This document shows positions 53,995-64,000 of a stretch of DNA of 64,000 nt, one piece after another. Position 1 is the stretch's first letter. Each line of letters starts with the position of its first letter. Source of the stretch: Camelus dromedarius (lineage: Eukaryota). The translations under genes were made by a program, and so were the position numbers. The notes beneath the pieces were generated by a model. It searched no databases. It saw only the letters and a program-made list of their open reading frames with translations, and had not been told where the DNA came from. The DNA lies in the NCBI RefSeq assembly GCF_036321535.1, contig NC_087436.1, positions 74,526,001 through 74,590,000 on the forward strand, in the 5' to 3' direction.

Positions 53995-55159
53995 GTACCT
54001 CTTGGGATTTTGTGGGGATATAAATGGGTGGGGAGCTAGCAGGATCCATCCCGGGTAAATGCAAAGACAAAATGTTCGCTAGTTATGGGGCTTGGTCTCC
54101 TATCACCTAAAAGATAAGACATTCTTGTCCTTTGAGAAATTTTCTTCTAATGTTCTTCCTAGAGTCAGAATCAGCTAGTATAATTGATTCCAGGTACTAT
54201 AAGCAGAAAAGGGATTTGTTACAAGGAATAAGCTTAGGGCATTTTTCCAGAAGAGTCATGGAACCAGGTTGGGGGCTTTCCCACCTGGAAAAGCAATCCA
54301 GAGAATCACCCACTTGACAGGACAGTTAGCAGAACCCCTGCCACCAACGACCTTATATATACCTGTGACACTGGGGAGAGGTCTCTACAACCTCTACCTG
54401 GGGTCCCAGGTAACCAAATGCCTCACCATCATTTCCAAGAAGAACCTCTCTCCCTGCATGTGGCCTCTGCCTTGTGTTGCTCTCTCTCTGCTTCCAGGCC
54501 TTGTATGGTTGCATCCGCTTGGCAGAAAGTAGACCATATCCAGAACACTAGCTGCAAGAGAGTCTGGAAAATGTACTTTCTGGTTTTGTTTTTGTTGTTG
54601 TTGTTGTTTTTAACTCTGCCCTCCTCCTCCCCAAAAAAAGGCATTACAAAGTAAGAGGAGTTTGGAATGAGCATCTGTCATGCTTTCCTAGTCTCTTAGG
54701 CAGATTGGGATATTTGACTTAATCCCCAAATTCTTATAGATCTGAGTGAAAACTCAGAGTCAACATGATTCTGTCCAAGAAGCCACAGATTTAAGAGACC
54801 CGGGTTTTAGTCTAGATTCTGCCGATGACCAGCTTTGGGCCGTCGGCAGTTTATCTCACTCTTAGGGAATTACTCTAGATACTCTCAGATCTCTTCCGAG
54901 GGGATACTGCATTCAGTCTCTTCTGAGGTGGGGGATCTAAGGAAGGGCGTTGTGAAAGGCTAAGCCTGGAGGAGGGATGTGGTAATAATAGGAGGTTATC
55001 CTGTGTTTTGGTGGCTTTGGCAACAGTAGTATCAGTTCCTAAAACCCCAAAGTGAAGAAAGCATTTTTAATGAAAGATCAGTTGGAGAAATTGTAATTTC
55101 CAGCTGGCACAGGATCTTAATATCGATGCTAGTGCCGCGATGTGAGGCCCTGTGAGTCT

Positions 55160-55300
55160 TTGTACGTTGGCTAGGTCTTCCTGTAGGCTGCTTGGAGTTG
55201 GGTGGCCCGCTTGGTGCAGAATGGCTGTATTGAGTCTGAATAATGATGGTGATTTCAGTGGAGTCTAGTGGGGAATTCAGGTCACCCTCTCTCTAGCCAG
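55160..55300 (+). repeat. Direct repeat copy B (141 bp) in intron 3
   Basis: Aligns without gaps to 52058-52198 at offset 3102. Confidence 0.95.
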
Positions 55301-55810
55301 GGTTTGCTAAATAAGCTAATTAGATAATATATACAACAAATTTTTATGTCCACGTAGAAGAAAGACATATTTAACCTGCTTAAGAAATAAAATATTTTTT
55401 TCAGGATTTTGGTCTAATAGTTTGTATGTAGACAGAAGCTGTTAGCTGTAAGTCAGTCTTGTGTACTCATTCACTAAAACTGGTTTATATAAACTTGACG
55501 ATCTAATTATAAAATAACACAGTGAGGTTTTACTTTTATAAAACACACACGCTCAGTTTATAAAGCCGAGCACGCTTGGCTCTTTTCTCTGAGTTGCTGG
55601 AAGCCCTTATTTGAAGGAAGCTGTTAATCCCTAAAACTTCCTGGTGTATACCTACGTGTTCATCTCAGTCCCTGTAGATTGTTCACGCTCTACAAGGTCA
55701 CTTGTCCTGTTCACTGATCCTAACTTTAAATGCCTTATGATCATTTTAAATATTTACATTCACCTTCAAAAGAAGTTTAAGAAAGTTAAAATTAAACTGT
55801 CCCAGGCCCA

Positions 55811-56241
55811 CATTTGTAGCAACATGAATGGACCTGGAGACTGTCATTCTAAGTGAAGTAAGCCAGAAAAAGAAGGAAAAATACCATACAATATCATTTA
55901 TGTGTGGAATCTAAAAAAAAAGGCACAAATGAATTTATTTACAAGACAGAAACAGACTCACAGACATAGAAAAACTTAGGGTTACAGGGGTGGGGAGTGG
56001 GAAGGAATAAATTGGGAGTTTGGGATTTGCAGATAGTAACTATTCCACATAAAAGCGATAAACAAGTTTCTACTGTATAGCACAGGGTATATTCAATATT
56101 TTGTGGTAACCTATAATGAAAAAGAATATGAAAAGGAACATATGTATGTATAGGTATGACGGAAACATTATGCTGTACACCAGAAATTGACACAACATTG
56201 TAAACTGACTATACTTCAAATGGAAAAAAAAAAAAAAGGAG
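55811..56241 (+). mobile_element. 5'-truncated L1 with poly(A) and perfect TSD
   Basis: catttgtagcaacatgaatggacctggag...ctaagtgaagtaagccaga (ORF2 end) through 3' UTR and A-tail. 16-bp TSD aactgtcccaggccca at 55795-55810 and 56242-56257. Confidence 0.92.
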
Positions 56242-58296
56242 AACTGTCCCAGGCCCAAAGATAATTCCAGAAGGAGGCTTCCAGAGACATTTTTCTGTAG
56301 TGACAGCTTAATAGGAATAAGACACCAAATCATGAAGTTACATTATGTTTGCTTCTGGCTCAGAAACTTCATTAGTACCAGGTTTTTGTTTGTTTGTTTT
56401 CATTTTACTCAAAACAGTGTATGTTATTTGTGTGTGTTTTTAAAAGAGGAATTTGAACTATTTTCATCTAGAGCTGTGTATTGTCTAGCTATACTCTGTC
56501 TGTGATATGAATGTGAGCACATAGTAATGACAGAGAAATATTTAACTCATGCTCTAGCGGAGCACTGAGCTCTGTTTTATCTGTAGAGCAATTTAAATGC
56601 TCTTCAGTAAACATTGGCCTCAATAACAGGAGCAATTGTTAGACACAATAAGAAAGATTGTATTTTGCGTTTGTCAAAATGGACTATCCATACATTGTGT
56701 TGGAGTGGGGGATAGCTAAGCTCAGCCCCTGCAGCTGAGCAGTTGCTCTTAATTTATGACCTCAGTGCTGTGGAACGATGGAGAGGTTCCTGCCTGAAGG
56801 CTGTTAGTAATGCCCAGTGAAACAGATGAAGAGAAAAACCTGGTGACAAGCCAAAGAGCACAAGGACATTCTTGGAGCCAAGGAGAGAGCCCGGGGCTCT
56901 GGGTCCTTGTGCAGTCACCATGCACCATTAGAGCAAGGCAGGTCTGCACCTCTGGCCTGTGCAGATTTCTCCCTGGAGTTGGGGAATGCCATGCTTGTGC
57001 ACTCTCCAGTGGGAAGACAGCGGCTGGACCTTTTCAAGATCCCTTCCTGCAGGAATAAGAACTGGTCTTTGGCATTTTGCTGCTAAGATTCCATGAACGA
57101 TTCCAGCTCAGAGTCGCTGCCTCAGTACTGCCTCTACGTTGGACTTCTCCCCGACACGGGGACTTGCCCTCAGTCTGCTTGGTTTTCACTCGCCAGCCCT
57201 GAGCAGCAGGTGGCCAGTGCATTGCCCATCCACACATTTGCAGCTGGAGGCCTCTTTAAGAAATTATCTGACTCATTTGGGCCAAATGATAGTTTCCAAG
57301 GAGACTCAGAAGAGAGGAAGTATGATATTAACCTAACCTAGATACCAAATATTTTTTTTCTTGTGAAATTTCTTGACAGCTGTTGCATAACCTCTTTAAG
57401 TGGCATTTAGAACTCTGTGCCCCAAGAGAACACTCCTGACTACAACGCAAATGACTGTTGTTTAAAAAATAGTCAGACAGGGTCTCTTCCACCAGAAAAT
57501 TAGAAGTGGGATATGCATTTTTGTATCAATATGTAAACATATGGGAAGGGATATGCTGTTTCTCTAAACCTGTGATTATTTTTACTACTTTGAGGATTAG
57601 GCAAGCTTTTTTGCCATCGATGCAAGACTTCAAGAATGCCCCAGTTTGTTTATGTAGGCTTTGGACATGTCAGCATTCCTGCATCATTATCTGCCTGGGA
57701 CCAGGCTAGCTAGAAGGAGGCAGGAAAAGAGATCTGGTAAGGTTTCCTGTTTTGTTTAACAGCACGATTAACTCTTCGTGGTCCAAGGGCCTCCTTGTTT
57801 TGCTGCCTGTGCTCTTTAGTGAAGAAGGAAAGAGGTCTAGAGAAGAAGGGAAACCAAGTTTTCTGTAGCACTGGAAAGAGAAGAATTCACTTCTCCCACA
57901 TTTGGGAGATGATAGACCGTCAACCACACATTACAAACTGTAATGATAATCAGCTCTAAAAAGCACGGATAATCAGAATCCACTGTGAGAGAATCCTCAA
58001 ACTCATGAAATCTTTATCGGAGTTGTGAAAGCGACTGTGTGGTCTTCAAATTCTGTTCTGTCACATGTTCTGGTAAAGGCGGTTGAAAGATAAGGAAAAT
58101 TAACTTTGGCTAATGGATAGCAAGAGAGAGAAAAAAATATATATGGTAGGTATCTGGTCATATATAACATGGAGAGTCTGTCCCTGAACAGTGGCATTGG
58201 CTGTTTTGCAAGAATGATCAGTGGGTAGCTTGGGTGGGTAGAAAACGTTATATAAAATTTTTTTCCCATCAATTTTTAGGGTCAACTTCTGTCAAT

Positions 58297-58321
58297 TGTG
58301 TGTGTGTGTGTGTGTGTGTGT
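58297..58321. repeat. (TG)n microsatellite
   Basis: About 12 TG units. Confidence 0.95.
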
Positions 58322-58659
58322 TTTATGGCTGGAGATTTATGGGGGCGGGGAGAAAAAGTGGCAGGTAAAAAGGAATATCCCCATGCCTTAAGAAAATTAT
58401 GTGAAAACATAAGGACTTGGTTTGATTTGCCCTAACCACCCCACACTCACCCCTGCTTGATATGGCTACACTCCAAAGAAGTTTGCATTGGCCACACAGA
58501 ATATGAATAGGTATCCTTGCTGTAAGGATGGAAACTAGCAAAATAAGGATTAAGTTTCCTTATCTTTATAACTTTGGATGTAGATAATGAGTGGACAGGA
58601 GCAGGAGAGAGGGCAGAGGGTTTGTTGAAAGGATGTGACGGGGAGTACAGAGCCACTTG

Positions 58660-59240
58660 GCCGATTCATTACTCATCGAGAAGAAACCATTTCATCAGGG
58701 TAATTAAATCTTGAACCCAGGGATAGTGGTTTGGGCACATAGTTCTCCTGAAGCACGTGTATTTGTTTATGATAATATACAGGGTAAGTGCATAGGATTT
58801 CGTGCTCGATTGTGTGTGGGAGGTGGGAGTGGAGGTCTCCGAGTCGGATCCCAGCATCTGACGTGGCCAGTGGTGTGGATGGAGGTGCTGTCCGCTGAGC
58901 TGAGGAGTACAGGGGAGTGGGGGTTGCGGACAAGATGAAGAGTTTGCTTCTGGACACATTTAGTTAGACAAGCAAATGGAAATATATGGTAAGCAGTTGG
59001 GTGGACTGGTCTGAAACTTGGGTGAAAGAGTTGGTTAAGTGAAACATGAGAATTAATGTGATTTTCTAAGGAAACCACATACAGGGAAAAGGAGATTGGA
59101 AATGTTGGCCAGAACTCCTTAACAGGGGAAGGCGGAAGGATTTCTTTGGATATACTGAATCCAGGGCAGAAAGCATTCCTCGCTGGAAAAGGAGAGGTGT
59201 TAGGCCTCCCATCATCTTGGAGTATTAGGATCAAAACCAA
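58660..59240 (-). mobile_element. L2 fragment(s)
   Basis: gagtttgcttctggacacatt...aaatggaaatat..ggtaagcagttgg resembles reverse-complemented L2. Confidence 0.55.
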
Positions 59241-59699
59241 AGGCAAAAGAAAACTGATAGAAAAAAGAAACATACTTGGACCACTGATGGGGGGGAGGTG
59301 TTATGAAGCTGCAAATCAAGAACTGGGGAGGCAGGAAGGAGCAACCACTTTGAGCTGCTTGTCCTCTCCTTGGAGATGAGAGGGCCCAGGGGAGGACACT
59401 GATTCCCCCCAAACACATGCCTCAGGATCAGGAGGCCGAAAGATCAGGCGCTGGATTGACAGGGCACAAATGGGCCTCGTTGGAGCGGCCTGGTCCACTG
59501 CCCCACAGGGCAGGAGCTCAGTAGTAGAACGGTTACTATGGAACCAGGTCAGTGTAAAGTTCCTTTCTTTCCCCGCTGTCTTTTTGAAAAGTCAGGCTTG
59601 CTTTTCTCTTATTTATTGTTTATCATATTACTGTGAGATAGTTATAGCTCACTTCTGTGCTAGTTCTTTACATATATTAGCCCACTTATTTGTCACATT

Positions 59700-59862
59700 A
59701 GCTCTCTGATATAGGTCCTATTTTTGTCCTTGACGTTGCCTATGAGGAGATTGAGCCCCAGAGAGGTTTAGTAACTTGCCCAAAGTCACACAGCTAGTAA
59801 ATTGTAGAGTTGGAGTTTGGTCTTAGGCGATCTGGCTTGAATCCGTGTATGTAACCACCACT
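59700..59862 (-). mobile_element. MIR SINE
   Basis: atgaggagattgagccccagagaggtttagtaacttgcccaaagtcacacagctagtaa. Confidence 0.85.
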
Positions 59863-61332
59863 GCATGTAACTACCCTATCGTAATGATTAGTGCTATTGT
59901 CATGTAATACCTGCCTATATTTTAAAATTGGAAAATGTAGGTGAATCTTACTGCTTGTTCATCCTTTCCGCTGGAATTAACTGGGATTTCTGTTGTCATG
60001 TTTAGAGTTATATTGAGACACATTCTACTTTTTCTTTAAACCTCTCGGGAGTCTGCTCAAATTGAATCAATGAATCTTGATAAATCACCGAGGGAAAACA
60101 TAAGAAAGCTTTCTTCTGTTTTCACTTTTGGTCATAAATTTTTATTTTTATTTTTTATTTGCTTTGTTTTTTGTTTGTTTGTTTTTTCTTTCAGGGCAAC
60201 TGCTGTCATCCTCATTATAAAAAGATTTGTAGTTTCCTTTGAGGGATTTCAGTTGAATTTACGGATCTGAGAGTTGAGTGTTGAAAGGTTTTTTTATTTT
60301 TCTTAAAGCTTAAGTCATTCCTCAGCAAGGTGGTAAGCTTGGGGAAGAATTAACCCATTTTGTTCCTGGTCATCCTGTCTCACTGCTGCTGACGCTAACT
60401 TCTGGGCAGTCCCCCTGGAGACCTGGAAGGGTTCATGGCTTTTCCTCACTGACCTAATGCACTGCTTAATCCCTGGAGAACGTGTGGTTTATTGAACATG
60501 TATTCCCAACATGCTGTTAATGCCTGTGTTGTGGTCAGTGAATAGAGTCATTTGCAATTATCCAAAACAGACTTGAATTATGATTTGGTGAGAAATGAGG
60601 GTTACAAAGTTCACCTTCAAATCAGAAAGCTTGAGAGTTGGAAGGAATCTCGATCATAACAGACCAGGCACTTCAGCTGATAGATGACGTCATGGCAGGT
60701 GCACAGGGCTCTGTGAGAGCACAGAGGTGCCCTCCTCCCCGGGGGACAGGGCAGAGGAGCAGGGAGGGGCTGCCAGCAGGAGGCGGTGCCGCACCCTGAA
60801 ACTTCAGACCAGCTTCATTTTGTGCGCCGAGGCCAGTCAGTTGGGAGAGCCTGTCAAAATCACTTTCTTGACAGATTATGAGGTTCAGTTTTGGCTCAGC
60901 AGGAAAGCATGCCACAGTCTCTTAGCACTATCTTCATGGGTGCCATGGGGGAAGTAAAGGTGTGTCCCCCATGTGTATAATCTTTGATTTAAAGGATGAA
61001 TGTTAGCCAGGGGAACAACAGGAAAAAGACTGTTCCATGTAGGAACAGCATGAGCAGAGGTGCAGGGAGGCAGGCGAAATCTTGATGTATAGGACAGAAA
61101 GGGTAAGCCAGGGAGTGGGGTGGAAGAGAGGAGCTTGGGGCAATGTCCTGAGGCCAGATGATGGAAGGCCTGAGGTGCCAAGGTCAGGAACTTGGGCGTT
61201 AGCTCTTAGGGAAGAGGGGACCATGGAAGACTTTCCTGGAGGATTGTACCACGCTGAACTGCACAAGAGGTTTGAGACTAGCAACATGCTGGTTTGACAA
61301 TGTGTCTTAAAAAACCTTCTTCTGCATTCTAG

Positions 61333-61519
61333 CTATAAGCCGATAGTGGAATATATTGATGCCCAGTTCGAGGCCTACCTGCAAGAGGAACTGAAGATCA
61401 AACGTTCTCTCTTCAACTACCACGACACCAGGATCCACGCGTGCCTCTACTTCATCGCCCCTACGGGACATTCGCTGAAGTCCCTGGACCTGGTCACCAT
61501 GAAGAAGCTGGACAGTAAG
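61333..61519 (+). CDS. SEPTIN11: Septin-11 coding exon 4 ([25 protein letters not shown]...[11 protein letters not shown])
   Basis: cattctag| acceptor, 187 nt, donor AAG|gtactc. Septin motif [18 protein letters not shown]. Confidence 0.98.
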
Positions 61520-61604
61520 GTACTCACTGCTGCCCTGGGGACTGCCCACCCTCCTGTAAGATCACCTTTATCCGAAGGCCCCAACTTCTCTGCTTTCAGT
61601 GTAA

Positions 61605-61922
61605 TTTGGTGTTTTGTTTTAAAGAACAGTTTTAGGTTCACAGCAAAATTGAAAGGAAGGTGCAGAGGTTTTTCCATATACTCCCTACCACCCCACGTGC
61701 AGAGCCTCCCTCATTACAGTTGAAGAACCTACACTGACACATCACTGTCACCTAAAGTCTGTGGCTTACATGAGGGTTCAGTCTCGGTCTGGTACATTCT
61801 ATGGAGTTAGATAAATTTATAATGACATTTTTTTCATCACTACAGTGTCATACAAAGTAGTTCCACTGCCCTAGAAATCCTCTGTGTTCCACTGTTCATC
61901 CCTCTCCTGATTCCTAGCCCTG
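61605..61922 (-). mobile_element. Old L1 (L1MB/MC-like) 3' end
   Basis: cagttttaggttcacagcaaaattga...gaacctacactgacacatcac...cactgccctagaaatcctctgtg. Confidence 0.8.
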
Positions 61923-62668
61923 GTTTCATTTTTTTGTGGTTTACAAAACCATAGGGTTTAACAATGTGAAAAAAAATGGCTCAAAACCTCTCTGGATATT
62001 AGGATTAAACAAAACAAACAAACAAAACCCTGTAGCCTATTACAAAGTATTTTTAGGTCTTGAATTACCACCAGTATATGCTCTGTTGAGGAATTAATAC
62101 TGTGGAGATACCTGATGGATCATAGGAAGAGGTAGATTTAGGGAGAATGAACTGTAATTCATGACTTGTTTATTTTCTTAAAAACTTTATCGCTCCTCAA
62201 AAGGTTTTTACAGGTTTGGCTTTAATTTGAAGTTAAGAATGAAAAAAAAAAAGTGTTAAGTGTTAATTTTTTTATCTATGTGACAAGGATGGTCCAACTT
62301 CTTAAATTTTAAAACTGAACTGCACCAACTATCAAAAGGATAGTTTTAGATTGAGTTTGACTGCTAATCTTTGCACATTTATAACCTCTCTCTTTCACAG
62401 CATTTGAAGGAAGGGACTGATAAGCCTGACAACGTTTGATGATTTACTTGATGATTAATTTGAGTTTCCATTTTGAAATAAATGGAAGACGACACATTCT
62501 GAAATAAAGAAGAAGCAAATGACAGTAGAACAACCACGAAATTAAGCTATGGTGTTTCCTCCTAGACTCTTACCTCCTTTCGAGTTCAGTAAAAAGGCTT
62601 ATCACTTTAGAAGGCTCTTTTTGGTGTTATTTTCTGTCCAAACAACACTGTTTAAAAGATGCTTTCTT

Positions 62669-62760
62669 GGCGGGGAAGGTAATAGCTCAGCGGTAGAGCA
62701 CATACTTAGCATGCACAAGGTCCTGGGTTCTAATCCCCAGCACCTCCATTAAAAAAATAG
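62669..62760 (+). mobile_element. tRNA-Ala-derived SINE (vic-1-like, short form)
   Basis: A box tagctcagcgg, loop cttagcatg (AGC anticodon), B-box-like ggttctaatcc, ctcca then A-tail. TSD agatgctttct (62657-62667) / agatggtttct (62761-62771). Confidence 0.88.
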
Positions 62761-63465
62761 AGATGGTTTCTGCCTTTGCTGTCAAACACCATGTTCTCTC
62801 CTGGTCTTTGGAACCAACGCTCTGAAAGTGAGACTTGTCTTTGGCATCAGGTCGCATCCTGGCATAATGTGATAGAAGCTGATTTTCAAGAGAATTGGTG
62901 TGATTTTTAAAAATGTAAAAGTAGGTGAAACCATTTTTGTTTTGGTGAATACTTGGGTTCTCTGCTCCTAGCAGTTTCCAGCTCATCAGAAGAAAGAAAG
63001 GATGCTATCCTGCATAGAGCTGACTGTTCCAGTCTTCTAACGAATGAAAACTTTGGTATTACTCTTAGGAGCATACAAAAATCAAGCTCCTAGAGTGGCT
63101 GGGAGGGGTCCGAAAGGAGTGGTTGGTTATTCAAAGAATAAGCTTCTTTGTTATTGCTATGTGTCACAGAGTAACACTTCCTTTTATGCTGTAAAGAGAA
63201 CGAGGTAGCACAGAAGAGGAAATGACGAGGGTGCTTTCTTCCAGTGCCAGATGGGAGGAAGTAAAGGGGTTCAGAGACGGAACTAAAAATTATCCCGTAT
63301 CTTCTTAATTTTGCATCTAGGTAGAAAGTCTGATGTTTAATATCATCTCTGTTTTCTAAATGAAGTTTTACAATTTTCATTTATTTGTTTTTTCTCTTTT
63401 ATTTATTTGTCTAATTACTTCTCTTATGTTGGAGTTGTATAAAAACGGATGTGTTTGGTTTATAG

Positions 63466-63627
63466 GTGAACATCATCCCAATAATTGCAAAAGCTGACAC
63501 CATTGCCAAGAACGAATTGCACAAATTCAAGAGTAAGATCATGAGTGAACTAGTCAGCAATGGAGTCCAGATATATCAGTTCCCCACAGACGAAGAAACA
63601 GTGGCAGAGATCAATGCGACGATGAGT
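63466..63627 (+). CDS. SEPTIN11: Septin-11 coding exon 5 ([12 protein letters not shown]...EINATMS); gene continues beyond window
   Basis: tttatag| acceptor, 162 nt, donor AGT|gtaagt. Septin G4 motif AKAD. Confidence 0.98.
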
Positions 63628-64000
63628 GTAAGTCCCCAAGTAAGGAAAGACAGCTAGTGATGTTCCTGAATGCTTGTCTTAGTGGCAACTTTGTGCAGTG
63701 GCTGCAGCACTGGACCAGGAATTGGATGTCCTCAGTCTGGTCCAACTCTGCCTGTCCTTCATGTCATTTAATCACCTGCTTCTCAGTTTCTCCGTCTATC
63801 AGATGGGAGAGGTAGACAAGATCTCAAGTTTCCTGCCTGTTCTAAGTTATGATTTCTACAGCAAATCTCGTGGGAAGGGACTGCCAGCCCAGCGCTGTTT
63901 CTCACAAAGCTGCTTAGAGGAAATAGCTTGCTCTGCTTGCTTCCACTGATGTTGGCAGAAACACATCCACCTGCTCGCTTTCGCTTCTGTGATTTGTTTT

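Noticed and set aside
61520..61723. ORF-track extensions beyond exons 3, 4 and 5
   Set aside because: Read-through into introns past GT donors; septin similarity stops at the splice sites.
62672..62748. Possible tRNA-Ala gene
   Set aside because: Imperfect stems, altered B box, A-tail, TSD and three related copies in the window indicate a SINE.
1..64000. CRISPR arrays, operons, intact transposase/RT genes or a nested second gene
   Set aside because: No repeat-spacer arrays or long ORFs; all mobile elements are truncated or non-autonomous; no second exon chain recognised on either strand.

Overview
This is mammalian genomic DNA, most likely camelid, judging from tRNA-Ala-derived SINEs resembling vic-1 and repeated short L1 3' ends. 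It holds the 5' part of SEPTIN11 on the + strand. A CpG-island promoter (~2.85-5.6 kb) is followed by coding exons 1-5 (4503-4529, 44910-45024, 53799-53994, 61333-61519, 63466-63627), which splice in frame into 229 codons with the septin G1, G3 and G4 motifs; the gene continues past the window end. The rest is intronic or upstream sequence rich in interspersed repeats (L1, L2, CR1/L3, MIR, MLT1, Tigger/Charlie/MER) and microsatellites. Repeat family names come from recalled consensus sequences, not a database search. I see no evidence for a wholly new multi-gene system. The most interesting signals are regulatory or structural: an overlapping uORF whose stop codon is created only by exon 1-2 splicing, a decayed alternative first exon, AG|GT re-splicing-type junctions, a 141-bp direct duplication flanking exon 3, and inverted retroelements around a frame-symmetric exon block.
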